Numbered from the whole stretch's first letter, positions 49,398-62,986 are shown. The stretch: 62,986 nucleotides of DNA, filler included, from Chiloscyllium plagiosum (GCF_004010195.1; 5 parts of one record of this genome joined end to end with filler, not necessarily neighbours in it), one strand, 5' to 3'. Notes: a model not told the origin generated them from the letters alone. Made by a program: numbers and translations.

Positions 49398-51309
49398 NNN
49401 NNNNNNNNNNNNNNNNNNNNNNNNNNNNNNNNNNNNNNNNNNNNNNNNNNNNNNNNNNNNNNNNNNNNNNNNNNNNNNNNNNNNNNNNNNNNNNNNNNNN
49501 NNNNNNNNNNNNNNNNNNNNNNNNNNNNNNNNNNNNNNNNNNNNNNNNNNNNNNNNNNNNNNNNNNNNNNNNNNNNNNNNNNNNNNNNNNNNNNNNNNNN
49601 NNNNNNNNNNNNNNNNNNNNNNNNNNNNNNNNNNNNNNNNNNNNNNNNNNNNNNNNNNNNNNNNNNNNNNNNNNNNNNNNNNNNNNNNNNNNNNNNNNNN
49701 NNNNNNNNNNNNNNNNNNNNNNNNNNNNNNNNNNNNNNNNNNNNNNNNNNNNNNNNNNNNNNNNNNNNNNNNNNNNNNNNNNNNNNNNNNNNNNNNNNNN
49801 NNNNNNNNNNNNNNNNNNNNNNNNNNNNNNNNNNNNNNNNNNNNNNNNNNNNNNNNNNNNNNNNNNNNNNNNNNNNNNNNNNNNNNNNNNNNNNNNNCTC
49901 CAGCATCTGCAGTCCTCACCTTCTCCCAGTTACCAACAAGGTGACTGGTTCTTTCCCGCCTCAACCTGGTGGATATTATCCGTCAGTCAGTGTCCCTGAA
50001 GCAGATTGTCTGGGTCTTTATGGCATGTTGTTTGTGGGATCTTGCTGCTCTTTTCCCTGCCTTGTAGCTGTGATGGGTTTGATAGGTGGTGATGAAGGTT
50101 GGGCTGCGGTGACGGTCTGCTGTAGCTGTATGAGTGCGGTGTGTCTGAGCTGTTGGTCGGGAGCTCTGTGTCAGTAATTGGAGCTGGGTGCTCTGCCTCT
50201 GCCTCATTCAGACTGTCCATCAGCATCACTCTGAATCTAATCCACATCAAACTGCAGCCACTTACCTCCGAGACTAGAAGTCACTAGAATTCACTGCCTC
50301 TTACTGTCTTGAACCTGCTCATTAGGATTCGGACACAGTCTTGATTGCATGTTTTAAATTTATCTCCCAGTGTTTTGAGCTGAGTCACTATTGGGCGTTT
50401 ATTGGAACAGTTCATGCCTTTGGTCTCAGTAACTGTTTCTTGTAAGTGAGTCACCTCTCAGGCACAGGGTAGGATGGGGACACAGGAGGGAGCAGGGACA
50501 ATACACCAGGAATATTCTCCACTCATTCCAAACCTCAGTCTCCTCTGAGATCTCCTATCAACCTCGCTCTGTTCATTTCATCCACATCACTCCCGACCCC
50601 ACCCTGACCCATAGGACCCCACAAACAATCCACATGTGTTCAGGCCGAGTCTCCATGGTGTTGTGAAAGGGAAATTGTCTGTAACTAATTGATTCACATT
50701 CTTTGAGGGAGTTAGTGGTCCCCCGGGTGAAGGAGAAGCTGTGGACGTGCTGTAAGAGGTTTGACACGGTCTTACATTGCCAGTCACTGCCCAGGGGTGG
50801 GGGGAATGTCACAGCACAGACAAAGGATGGTTTAACCCATAGAAAGCAGGGCCTCAGGATAAAGGTCCACAGGGATCAGTGTTGGGACCACAATTACTTA
50901 TAATCTACACAAATTATTCACAATCTATATGAATTATTTACAATCTACACAAACAATTCCAATGAAGTGACAGACTGGACAGCAGCAACATTGACCAATC
51001 AGAGCAGGCCAGGCTGGAAACTAAACTGTCAGTAGATTGGACAGGAGCATCCATGGTGATCTCAGCCCGGCCCCTGAGGATTCTGGGACACTGAGGGTGG
51101 GGCTGGGTGTATAGAGAGTGTGGGTGGGGTTGTGGGTGGGGTGTGGGGATTGGGTAATGGATGTGTGTGTAGGGGGTGGGGGTGTGTATGGAGGTGTGGG
51201 GTGTGTGGGNNNNNNNNNNNNNNNNNNNNNNNNNNNNNNNNNNNNNNNNNNNNTTAATTAATTAANNNNNNNNNNNNNNNNNNNNNNNNNNNNNNNNNNN
51301 NNNNNNNNN

Positions 51310-51552
51310 TAGTCAGCCACGGTCACCCCTGCCTCCTCATGGGATCTTTCTTCAATATTGGAATGAACGGATCCTGCATCTTCTGCATTATACACAGAAA
51401 TATCCGCCATTGTTCCTCCACTGTCATCCCTGCTAAGGTATTGCACCATTGAACTTTGGCCAGCTCCTCCCTCATAGCTCCATAGTTCCCTTTATTCAAC
51501 AGAAATATTGTCACTTCCGACTGTACCCTCTCCCTCTCAAATTGCAGATTGA
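51310..51552 (-). mobile_element. CR1 ORF2 fragment
   Basis: Near-identical to 62695-62915 on the opposite strand (NLQFERERVQSEVTIFLLNKG). Confidence 0.8.
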
Positions 51553-52779
51553 TGGATTGATTCATTAGGAATTATCCTGAGGTTCATTCAAAGCGGGAGT
51601 GATTCACCATGATGGAGCAGGAAGATCTTTGACAGAATGTTTATTTGCATCAAGGTCTTTCTTGGGAATGAGGAAACAATAGATGGACAGAGGGAATTCC
51701 ATTTTACTGGATCAGAAAGCATGAGGCCTCCTCAGATTGGATATGGCAACGTACAGCCAACGACTCAATCCCACTGCCCAGAACTGGCCTTACTCTGTTC
51801 CATTGACTGCAGCCAAGAGTCTATAACCATCAGGAGAGAGAGGACAGGCTGGGGCTCCTATTGTTTAATGAAAGGAAGGCCAAGGGCTGGCCTGATTATA
51901 CAAATATCTGGATTAAAGGAGGCCATTCAGCCCCTTGAACCTGCTGTGCTATCCTCTAAGATTGTCATTGATCTGATTACTCCACATTCCCACGTACTCC
52001 CAAAAAACCTTTCACCCTCAATCCTTTAATAAGATCCTATCCACCTCCAGCTTAACCATACTCCAAGTCTCTGCTTTCATCATCGTTTCAGATCAGGGTC
52101 TCCAGACACTCACCAACCTTTCAGAGAGAGAGAATTTCTCTCCTTTTCTGTTTTAAGTGGATGCCCGCTTCTGTTGAAAGAGTGACCCCTCGTTCTCGAC
52201 TCTCCCACAAGAGAAAAAAATCTTTTCCACACTCAGGATCCTGTGGGAAACAGAGCAGCCTGTGGCTGGTGTTTTGTGGATAATACGCGGGGAAGCAGTT
52301 TGCCTGGTTTTCTCCAGTGAATCTGACTCTGGGTGAAGCCATGTTCAGCTTCCACTCTCACTGTCCCTGCCTACTGCTCATTAAAAAGCTCATCAAGAAG
52401 ACTGCCCACATCCTACTCAGCAACGATAAACCTCCTGAACTGCTTTTAGCTAAAACCATCATAATTTTCGCAGGCCTGTGATACACAGACAGAGTAATAG
52501 CTGTGATCTCACTGAGCTGCTATTTATTCTTTGATCTTCCCACCTTCTATGTTGTTTTAAATGGTATTGCATTTGAGAAAAGCATTATAAAATGTGACAG
52601 CGTGTTTGATGGGTTGGGAGAGAGCTCTTTCCCAAGTGCTGATCAGAGAGAGGGAGACAGACCCTGAAATGATACAGCACTGAATCCAAACATCAGACAA
52701 TCCATCTGGCGGGACCATTGTCCCGCGTTGTGCAGGATTGAAGACCATTCCTGAGGATCACAGCTTTCATCTCCTCCCA

Positions 52780-53950
52780 AAGAACAGAAGTACTGATTAG
52801 GAGCAGGCCCTTCAGCCCTCCAAGCCTGTCCTTGATCATCAGACCCTATCTCAACTAAAAAACAAACCTTCTGCCCTTGTTTGGTCCATATCCCTCTATT
52901 CCCTCCCTATTCATATAACCATCCAGATGCCCCTTAAATGTCACCAATGTGCCTGCTTCCATCACCTCTTCTGGCAATGTGTTCCAGACTCCTACCACTC
53001 TCTGCATGAAAAACTTCCCTCGCACATCTCCCTTGAACATTCCCCCTCTCACCTTGAACTTGTGTCCCCCTTGTAATTGAAACTTCAACCCTGAGAGAAA
53101 GCCTCTGACGATCCATCCTGTTGATGCCTCGTGATTCTGTAAACCTCTATCAGGTCTCCTCTCAGCTGCTGTCTTTCCAGTAAAAACAATCCTAGTCTTT
53201 TTAACCTTTCCTCATAGCCAATAACCTCGATCAGGCAACATCCTCGAGAGCCTTCTCTGCACTCTCTCCAAAGCTTCCACGTGTTTCTGGTAGTGTGGTG
53301 ACCAAAACTGCGCACCGTACTCCAAATGTTGCCTAACAAGGGTTTTATATAGCTGCAACATGGTTCACCAACTCTTGTACTCCATGCCCCAGCTGATGAA
53401 GGCAAGCATGCCATTTGTGCACTTAATCACCTTGGGCACCTGTGTTCCCAGTTTGAGGGAACAGTGGACCTGCATGCCCAGATCTGTCTATGTGTTAACG
53501 TCCTTAAGGGTTGTACCTTTTACAGTATAATTCACACCTAAATTTGATCCTCCGTAATGCAGCATCTTGGGATTAAACGGATTAAACTCATTTGCCATTT
53601 CTGTGGCCAAGTCTCCAATCTATCTATATCCTGTTGTATCCTTTCACAATCATCAGCATTATCAACAACTCTACCAATCTTTGTATCATTTGCAAACTTA
53701 CTAATCAGACCACCCATATTTTGCTCCAGATCATTTATATACCCTACAAACAACAGAGAACCTAAGACCTATCCCTGTGAAACGCCATATTACCAGTCTC
53801 CATTCTGAAAAACACCCTTCTACCGCTTGGCCTCTTCTGTGACCAAGCCAGGTTTGTATCTAGCGAGCCCACCTTGAATCCCATGTGATTTTAGTTTTTG
53901 TACCAATCTGTTTTGTGGGACTTTATCAAATATCCATATAAACTACATCC
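52780..53950 (-). mobile_element. CR1 LINE 3' portion
   Basis: GLISKFANDTKIG, YEERLKRLGLF...LRGDLIEVYR. Confidence 0.85.
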
Positions 53951-54846
53951 ACAGTTCTGCGCTTATGAATTCAGTCTGGTTGGTGGGGAAGCACTTGGAG
54001 ACGATACTGAGGGGCAAGGTATATGCACATGTGAAAGGACATGGACAAGTTACTGACAGGCAGCATGGTTTTGTACAGGGAAGGTCATGTCTCACTATCT
54101 GATTTAATTTTTCAAAGAGGTAACAAAGATAATTAGATACAAAAACTAAAATCACATGGAATTCAAGTTGGGCTGGCTAGATACAAACCTGGCCTGGTCA
54201 CAGAAGTCAGGGTCACCGGCCTGTAATTTTGTGGATTCTCTCTGGTTCCTTTCTTAAACAACGAAAAATACTGGCTAATCTCCAGACCTCTAGAACCTTT
54301 CCTGTGGTCAAAGAGGATGTGAAGATATTTGCTAATGACCCAGCTATTTCTTCCCTGTGCCTCTCGCAGTAACCTGGGATAGATCCAGTTTAATCAGTGT
54401 AGGATTCCCAAAACTTCCTCCTTGAATGTATTGATATTCTCTCGAGTATTCCCAGACTCATCCCTGACCTCAGTATCAGTCATCTCCTTCTCCTGGGTCC
54501 CCCTTTTATATTCCGTCAGTGACAGTGATGGTTAGTACTGAGCAGCTGTATTCCGATGTAAGGTCCATATCGTTGTGTGTTGGGATCATTGTTTTTCCAA
54601 AGAGGAGAATTTGGGAGCAGTTGTTTGCAGCAAAGAATGAATCTAATGCAGCAGCAAGTCACTGCAGAGGCTGGAATCTGTACAGAAAACAACCAAATGT
54701 TGGAGATCACAGCAGGTCAGTCAGCATCCACGGAGAGAGAGAGCAAGATAACGTTTCGAGTCTAGATGACTCTTCATCATGCCTACAAGATGGTGTCAAT
54801 TTCTGAGAATGTTGAATACAGGTAAACTGGCATCATTTCTTGTGGA

Positions 54847-54963
54847 CTCGGCGAAAGTGAGGACTATTCCTGATGAAGGGCTCTTGCCCGAAACGTCGAT
54901 TTTCCTACTTCTCGGATGCTGCCTGGCCTGCTGTGCTTTCCCAGCACCACTCTAATCTTGACT
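54847..54963 (+). mobile_element. Short PLE-derived element
   Basis: Perfect 16-bp TSD catcatttcttgtgga (54831-54846 and 54964-54979). Confidence 0.75.
54866..54901 (+). ncRNA. Minimal hammerhead motif in a short repeat
   Basis: ATTC-CTGATGA-A-GGGC-TCTT-GCCC-GAAA-C-GTC-GATT. Perfect 4-bp stem II, weak stem I. Confidence 0.6.
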
Positions 54964-55575
54964 CATCATTTCTTGTGGAGCCTGGGGGGACTCAGCATAG
55001 TAACAACTCTCTGATTGGCCAAACTCCTGCTTAGCTCAGGGACAGACAAACAGGAGTAGGAGATGCTGATGCTGGAAATCTGAAACAGAGACAGAGAACT
55101 CTGGGGAAACTCAGCAGGTCTGGCAGTTTCTGTGGGGAAAGAAACAGAGGGAATATTTCAAATCTGGTATGACCCCCTTGTTCTGAAAAAGAGACATATT
55201 GACTCAAAACATCAACTCTGTTTCTGTCTCCACAGATGCTGTCAGACCTGCTGAATGTCTCCAGAAATTTCTGTCCTTTGTTTTCCTCTCTCTCTTTCAC
55301 ACACTCTCGCTCTCCCATTTCCTTTGTAAAGTTGCTTTCTTTAATTCCCTGTCAGAGAAAAGGTCGAATACATTCAGACACAATAAAAGAAGTCATTTCA
55401 AATCCCACATCAGAAAGAATGGCCCCAGGTCCAATCAACCAATGAATTAAACACTCACCGTCGCTGCCAAGGTGTCATCACAGAATCCAAAGGGTTGGGA
55501 TCAACTGATCAGAGTCTGTGATGTGGGGCAGGAGTGACAGAACCGTGTCACCCTGAATTGTTATTTCTCCACTCA

Positions 55576-55843
55576 GTGTAAATGTGTGTGTGTATGTGTG
55601 TATGTGAGCAAGTGAGTGTGTGTGTGAGAATGAGTGTGTATGTGTGTAGGTATGTGTATGTAAGTGAGTGTGTGTGTGTGTATGTATGAGTGAATGGGTG
55701 AGTGTGTGTGTGTGTGAGAGTGTGTGTGTGTGTGTGAGTGAATGAGTGTGTGTCTGTGTCTGTGTAGGTGTGTATATATATGTGTGAGTGAGTGTGTGTG
55801 TGTGAGTGAATGAGTGTGTGTGCGTGTGTAGGTGTGTGTATGT
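55576..55843. repeat. Degenerate (TG)n tract
   Basis: Direct inspection; abuts an N gap. Confidence 0.9.
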
Positions 55844-57369
55844 NNNNNNNNNNNNNNNNNNNNNNNNNNNNNNNNNNNNNNNNNNNNNNNNNNNNNNNNN
55901 NNNNNNNNNNNNNNNNNNNNNNNNNNNNNNNNNNNNNNNNNNNNNNNNNNNNNNNNNNNNNNNNNNNNNNNNNNNNNNNNNNNNNNNNNNNNNNNNNNNN
56001 NNNNNNNNNNNNNNNNNNNNNNNNNNNNNNNNNNNNNNNNNNNNNNNNNNNNNNNNNNNNNNNNNNNNNNNNNNNNNNNNNNNNNNNNNNNNNNNNNNNN
56101 NNNNNNNNNNNNNNNNNNNNNNNNNNNNNNNNNNNNNNNNNNNNNNNNNNNNNNNNNNNNNNNNNNNNNNNNNNNNNNNNNNNNNNNNNNNNNNNNNNNN
56201 NNNNNNNNNNNNNNNNNNNNNNNNNNNNNNNNNNNNNNNNNNNNNNNNNNNNNNNNNNNNNNNNNNNNNNNNNNNNNNNNNNNNNNNNNNNNNNNNNNNN
56301 NNNNNNNNNNNNNNNNNNNNNNNNNNNNNNNNNNNNNNNNNNNNNNNNNNNNNNNNNNNNGCCACCTCTCAGCCCAGGTCTGCAGCTTATCTATGTCTCT
56401 CTGTAACCTGCAAAATTCTTCAGCACGATCCACAACTCCACCGAAGTGGAAAGGATTATATTTGTGACTTTGAAATTTAAAGATATGTTCAGACGTCATA
56501 CTTCCAGAGCCCCGGTGGTCTTTGGGGATAAACGTAGGGCTGCCCCGCTGAGTGTCAATGCACTGAATTACCTATGTCCGTACTGGAGGGATCCGACCGA
56601 GAGTCACTGGACTCGAAACTTTAAGTCTCCTTTCTCTCGCCGTAGAAGCGGCCAGACCTACTGAGTTTCTCCAGCAATTTCTGTCTTTGTTTCTGATTGG
56701 CAGCATCCATAATTTCTGTGACGGACCCCAGTGGGATTTCAGCAGGACCCTCAGGATAAACATCACTGTTTACACATCGGCATGAATGTCCTGGAAACTG
56801 GGATTGGTCCAAACGCTTAATACAAGAGCGTAATGGGAAATATAATGAAGGTTCAAGGGGACAGTAGGGGGGGTAGGGGCTGGAGGGGGTTACAGAGTTA
56901 GGGAGGGGGTGTAGGGGCTGGAGGGGGTTACAGAGATAAGGAGGGGGTGGAGGGGCTATGATCATACTGAATGGGGGAGCAGGCCTGAAGGGCTGAATGG
57001 CAGTTCTCTGTGGCATGGATCTGACTGATTCTGGAACAGAAATATTGAGGAGGGGCTCGATATTCTGTCCCACTCCCTCAGGACCCCCAGGCTGCTCTAC
57101 ACACCTCCCCCCACCCTCCCCTCCCCACCCAACCCCACCCCACCCCAATATCAGTCGGACGCCATGACAGTGGGCAGTGCTAAAGACACTCCTCAATATT
57201 AACCCTTTCAGAGCCCATGCCAAAGGGAAGCACCGTCAGCTCTCCGTCTGTACAGAGCTGCTGTCCAATCAGAGGCAGTGTCCTTGGGGAGGTGCTCACC
57301 AGATCCTTGTGGGACTGGGATGGGGGGGGGGGGGGGTCACTCAGACAACACCCGAGGGGGATGTGGTTG

Positions 57370-57550
57370 GGCATGGGTGTGTGCTCCCAGGGTAAGGGTC
57401 CAGGGGGTGGATGGGTGTGTGCCCCCAGGGTAAGGCTCTGGGGGGTGGGCAGGTGTGTGCCCCCAGGGTAAGGCTCCAGGGTGTGGGTGGGTGTGGGCCC
57501 CAGGGTAAGGGTCCAAGAGGTGTGTGGGTGTGGGTCCCAGGGTAAGGGTC
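57370..57550. repeat. About 39-bp G-rich minisatellite
   Basis: Five recurrences of cccagggtaagg at about 38-40 bp spacing. Confidence 0.8.
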
Positions 57551-58262
57551 CTCAGAGGACAGTGATGAGTCTTGGTGAGGACTTTTGACCCAGGTTCCCC
57601 ATCTCCAGGAGACCACCCCCTTCCCCTCCAATGATCCTTCAAGAACCCTACCCTCCCTCTCGGGAGAGCCTGCCCCTGAAGACCCCTGGAGATATCCCCG
57701 AGGAGCCTCAATCTGATTGTGTTTCACTTCCACATTCCCAGTTACCCCCTGCCAATGACCCATGATCCACTACCTCACCTTGACCCATCCACATGGCCTT
57801 AAACATACTCAACATCCAGCATTGTTACAGGGCACAGTGCTCCCTCGAATTTCCTTCCAACGGAACCCCAACCTCCCCCTCCCCAAACCCCCGGTCATTC
57901 CAGTGAGTCTCTGTATTGGCTTCTTGGGTAGAGACCGGAATCTGAAATGGAGGATGGATCAGCAGGTTCAACGGGTGGAATGGCCTTCTGTTCCTGTTTC
58001 CAATGTTCTTCTGTAATGACGTGAGGTGGGGGTGGTGGGGCTGTGGGGTGTGGGGTGTGGGGGTGTGGTGTGGTGTGGTGGGGTGTGGTGGTGTGGGGGT
58101 GTGGTGTGGTGGGGTGTGGGAGTGTGGGGGTGTGGGGTGTGGGGGTGTGGAGGCGTGGGGGCNNNNNNNNNNNNNNNNNNNNNNNNNNNNNNNNNNNNNN
58201 NNNNNNTTAATTAATTAANNNNNNNNNNNNNNNNNNNNNNNNNNNNNNNNNNNNNNNNNNNN

Positions 58263-58492
58263 CCCTCACCTTGACCTCCTTCCACCTATCGCATTTCCAA
58301 CGCCCCTCCCCCAAGTCCCTCCTCCCTACCTTTTATCTTAGCCTGCTGGACTCACTTTCCTCATTCCTGAAGAAAGGCTCATGCCCGAAACGTCGATTCT
58401 CCTGTTCCTTGGATGCTGCCTGACCTGCTGCGCTTTTCCAGCAACACATTTTCAGCTCTGATCTCCAGCATCTGCAGTCCTCACTTTCCCCC
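58263..58492 (+). mobile_element. Longer copy of the short PLE-derived family, truncated by a gap
   Basis: Shares caagtccctcctccctaccttttatcttagcc...cctgaagaa...cccgaaacgtcgattctcctg with 9833-10011. Confidence 0.7.
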
Positions 58493-61400
58493 CATACAAA
58501 GCTTTGGGCCAAGTGCTGAAAAATGGGATGAGAATAGTTAGATGGTTATTTTTCACCATGAATTCGTGGGCTAAAGAGCCTTTTCCTGTGCTGTACATCT
58601 CTCTGTCACGGGCTCTAGGCATTCAGGAAGGAAACTTACCACCACCTTCTCAAGGCAGCTAGGGATGTGCAATAAATACTGACACTACCAGCAATGCCCA
58701 CATCCCTATGAATGAATAACAATAAAACCACTGTCCCTGTCTCTTTGCTGACAAGCCTGTCATCCAGCAGGCTGTGCATATTCTGCATCAAGAAACCAAG
58801 GCTTTCCTTGAATGTTGCAAAAACAACTTGGATGTCTATCTCGACTTTGATAGCCATGTATTCCACCTTCTATATATGTGGCAGGAGAGAATCTGGCATG
58901 TGTTAAACATGTTCTGTTGACAGCCACCTCTCTCAGAAGGCCAGTATTGATGAAGATATACCACCTAATCAGGTGCAGTTATCCTGACCTCTGGCTCTGT
59001 GCTGTAACCAAGCAGGTCCGGTAGATTATGGCCAATGTTTCCTTTTATTTCTTTCAGCGTCTTTGTACTTCTTGTGAATTCTGAACTTTTTAAGTACAGT
59101 CAACCTATCCAGTGTCATCTCCTGATCAATTTTTGTTCTAGTAATTGAACAGAGAGGGATGGGGGACTGGTAGTTGGGATATTAAATGCATGAGAGTTAG
59201 AAGAGAACAGAAGAAACCCCTTCACAGTCAAAGGATTGTGAGATTTTTGGTGTTAGTGGCTGAGGTAAACTGTCATTGTTCACAAGTATGATCAGGATAT
59301 TTTCTTTTATCAGTGGTAAATACTCAAAAGCACTGAATGGTCCAAACAGCCTGTCTCCAGGTTGGAATTTCTTTCTGTTTTCTGCACATTTTAGTTCTTT
59401 TGCTTCTGTAGTTTTCAACTGAAGGATTTTGAGAGCCTATAATTCTGACTTTCCTAACAAGGGGAGACCTGGACTAATTGTGAGTGGTGAATTGTGAAGA
59501 GGAATAGGAAAATTGCAAGTCCTCCCAAGACACATTGGGCTGTTGGTCACATCTGGTGTACAGCGGTGCTCAACGGAACGAGCATGGCCTTGAGTTTACT
59601 CCATCAAAGCCACTCCCATCTGGTGTCAGTGTGTAACCTGATGCTTCAAGCTGGCAAGGAGAAGGGCTGCAATGAGAGGACACGTCCTGCTTTTTCTCAA
59701 CCACTTTGACAAGCTTGGTTTGGGCAGATGTTGATATTCTGGGTAATATTTGAACACAGAGGGGAATTTACCTGCCACCTTAAACAATATTCAGCTCTGC
59801 CCCACAGGTTCTCATTGCTCCGTGTGGAATCACCCTACACAAATGTGGTTGTTGCATTGACCTCTAACTGTGATGTGAAGAATGAAGATTAGCATGTGAA
59901 AATATTTTGTGGTAGATCTGGCTCGAGGAAGGTTAAGACTGGGTGTTAAGTATTCCTTGGTGCAAGTTGTTCGGGAAAGATAGAAAAAGAAAGAAAGGAG
60001 GAGGAGGGATAGCAGCTTACGACATGATTATCATTAGACAAGTTTTTTAAAATTCCAGATTTTTATCAAATTCAAGTTTTATCATCTGTCATGGTGGGAT
60101 TCAAAGCCATATCTCCTGAACATTAGCTTTGAGCTTTGGATTCCCACATCAGTGATATTACCACTAGACTATTGCCTTTCCTGAATGTGTGGGCTGGGAG
60201 AGTAGGGCCTTCTGTAGCCAGACAGCACAGTGCTCTAATGGATGCATTTGAACTGTTCATTCTGCGCACGTCATGTGGCTGCAAGGAGGAGGAGGAGTGG
60301 CTGCCTGAACTGGGTTTTAAAACCACAAGCCACTGTTCAGGCTTTCTGTTTCCTGTCTCCTACCCCACTTTAAAACTGAGATTGACCTTTCAGTACGTCT
60401 TGTTGACTCCCTCTCCTCACCCCCACATTAAAGTCCTGAGTTGGTAGCCGACACCCCACACCCTGCTCCCACTTTCTTTGCTTACCCCCCACCTTGTCTC
60501 CCCCTCCACTCCTTCCTTTTCATGTTCTACTTCTCCACAGCCCCAACTCCCATCCATTGCACCGAAAACTCCAAATTATATACAGTAGCATAGAATGAAA
60601 AGGCATGCATCCTCTGATCTGCCGAAATATCTGCCCTTATAGAAGACATGCTGCATCCTTGATTCTGAAAGAACCATCCAGGGGGAGGTGGTTTAAGATA
60701 GCTTAAATATGTCAAATTCCTCTGCTATAACGTGGGGTAGTGGAATTGTTCATGCCATTTGGATATGATTCTTGGTAGCAATCATCTTGGAAATTGTATC
60801 TGCTGTTGTAATTGTTTATCCCAGTGTCTGCCTTGCCTTCTTGCCCACATGTACATTCCACTGAGCTATTTATCCATATTCATCACAGAATAATGCAGCA
60901 TAAGGAGGCCATTTGGCTCATTGTGACTGTGCTGGCTCCATGATTGAGCTGTCTAATAACCCCATTTTGCTTTCTCTTGCCCTTGCACACTTTCCTTTTT
61001 CATGTATTATTAATCCAGTTGCCATTTGAATGTTGTTATTAAATCTGCTTTGTCTGCCTTTTCAAGCAGTGAGTCCAGGTTAAAACAACTCACTATGGTG
61101 CAAACGATATATATTTAGCCAATGACTTGAATCTAGTTGGTGACCCAGTTACTGAAAACTGTTGCTCCTTTTTACTCCATCAAAACCCTTCCTAATTTTG
61201 AACTTTATAAAAATCTCCTCCTTTGCTTTGAAGAGAACAACTCTAACTTCTGCAGTCTCTCTACATAGCTGAAGTCCCTCATCTTTGTTACCATTTCAGT
61301 AAATCTCTGCACCATCTCCAAGATCTCTATCCCTCCTAAGGAGTGGTGCTTAGAATTAGATACTTTCCTCCAAATGTTTTTTCAACCAGTTGAATGGCTG

Positions 61401-62149
61401 TGAGGGAGGTGTCTGTTAGGACAGTGCTAGACAATGAACACAGAAGTCATTGTAGGTACTCTGTTTCTCTGAGCTACTGTTGGGTTTCACTCAGCAGTCA
61501 CTATGCTCCCCATTCCTGACCTGAAGTTCTCCAGGTTGTGTTACTGAACTCCTGAAATGTGGGTGTAATAAGGAAGTCTCAGATAAACTGCTTCCAATTG
61601 TTGGAGAGAGTAGAAAATTGCCAGAAAAAAAAGGAAGTCTAAGGTTTGGTAGCATTTTAGAATTAAACAAAGAAGACAAACAGTTTGATCAAGCTGGGGA
61701 AAATAGATTATAGGAGTAAAATTTCAGCAAATATAGAAACTGAATGTAAAAGCTTCGATATTTGGAAGAGAAAAAAAAAATAAAGAAATGGAGGTCCCTT
61801 CCAGCCAGAAGTTGAGGAGCGAAGAAATGGCAGAAAAGTTGAACATATACTATGGTTGTGCCTTTACAAAAGAGGGCACAAATAATCTCTCAGAAATGTT
61901 ACAGGACCAAGAATCTAGTGAGAGAGAGAAATTAAGGGACATCAGTATTAGTAAGAAAATGGAGCTGAGGAAATTAATGGGGTTAAAGGGTCACAAATCT
62001 CCAAGGCAGAATAATCTGCATCCCAGAATATTAAAGGAAGTGGCCCTGGAAACATTGAATACATTGGTGGTCACCTTCCAAACGTCTACAGACTCTGGAT
62101 CAATTGCTACATGTTGGCAGGTGTAATCCACTATTTAAAAAGAGAGAGA

Positions 62150-62375
62150 GAGAAAGAAAACAAAACAGAACACCTCATCTTCCGCCTCGGGACACTTCAA
62201 CCCCAGGGCATCAATGTGGACTTCACCAGTTTCCTCATTTCCTCATCTTACCCCAGTTCCAACCTGCCAGCTCAGTACCATCCTCAAGACCTGTCCTACC
62301 TGCCAGTCTTCCTTCCCACCTATCCACTCCACCCTCCTCTCTGCCCTATCACCTTTACCCCCACCTCCATCCACC
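62150..62375 (+). mobile_element. Penelope-like (Neptune-type) ORF C-terminus and 3' region
   Basis: Translates EHLIFRLGTLQPQGINVDFTSF, resembling the PLE GIY-YIG C-terminal motif (LIF.LGTL.P.G.N), followed by a C-rich tail. Confidence 0.65.
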
Positions 62376-62986
62376 TAAAAAGACCCTCTTAGGAGTTCTC
62401 TACAGGCCCCCAAACAGTAGTCTGGATGTCGGATGTAAGTTGAATCAGGAGCTGAAATTGGCCTGCCGCAAAGATGTTACTACAGTTGTTATGGGGGATT
62501 TCAACATGCAGGTAGACTGGGAGAATCAGGATGGTATTGGACCTCAAGAAAGAGACTTTGTGGAGTGCCTCCGAGATGGATTCTACCAGGGAGAAGGCAA
62601 TTCTGGATCTGGTATTGTGCAACGAACCAGAATTGATCAGGGACCTCGAAGTGAAGGAGCCATTGGGAAGTAGTGACCATAATACAATAAGCTTCAATCT
62701 GCAATTTGAGAGGGAGAGGGTACAATCAGAAGTGACAATATTTCTGTTGAATAAAGGAGTTATGAGGGAGGAGCTGGCCAAAGTTCAATGGTGCAATACC
62801 TGAGCAGGGATGACAGTGGAGGAACAATGGCAGATAATTCTGTGTATAATGCAGAAGATGCAGGATCAGTTCATTCCAAAAAGGAACAAAGATCCTAGGA
62901 GGGTGGCCGTGGCTGACGAGGGAAGTTAAGAAACATATAAAGTTAAAAGAGAAAAAAGTATAACATTGCAAAGATAAGTGGGAAAA
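62376..62986 (+). mobile_element. CR1 ORF2 apurinic endonuclease region, frameshifted, running off the window
   Basis: LLGVLYRPPNS, VVMGDFN, TREKAILDLVL, PLGSSDHNTI. Confidence 0.9.

Noticed and set aside
58712..58906. ORF with MSISTLIAM, resembling the start of CCK receptor exon 3
   Set aside because: Lacks the ERY/AIC motif and a suitable acceptor. Exon 3 was not found in the window.

Overview
Repeat-rich vertebrate genomic DNA from a gapped draft assembly. The HE1-type SINEs, CR1-type LINEs and Penelope-like elements point to a shark or other elasmobranch; this is inferred from repeat content only. Two protein-coding genes are partly visible. (1) A minus-strand SLC6 neurotransmitter:sodium symporter of the proline-transporter (SLC6A7/PROT)-like type, with 11 coding exons traced between 29581 and 6617, all with GT/AG boundaries and compatible phases. 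Its first exon, TM9 exon and last exons were not found. (2) One 252-bp plus-strand exon (TM1-TM3) of a CCKBR-type cholecystokinin/gastrin receptor at 48828-49079, oriented away from the transporter. The rest is mostly decayed CR1 LINEs, SINEs, mini- and microsatellites, and N gaps; four gaps contain an artificial TTAATTAATTAA linker. The most notable unannotated signal is a set of Penelope-like elements and short derivatives carrying minimal hammerhead ribozyme cores (CTGANGA-stem-GAAACGTH), many with 12-16 bp target-site duplications. One is a 1.28-kb composite insertion (39821-41100) in which two same-strand hammerhead-bearing pseudo-LTRs bracket about 650 bp of unrelated DNA, a retrozyme- or transduction-like architecture.
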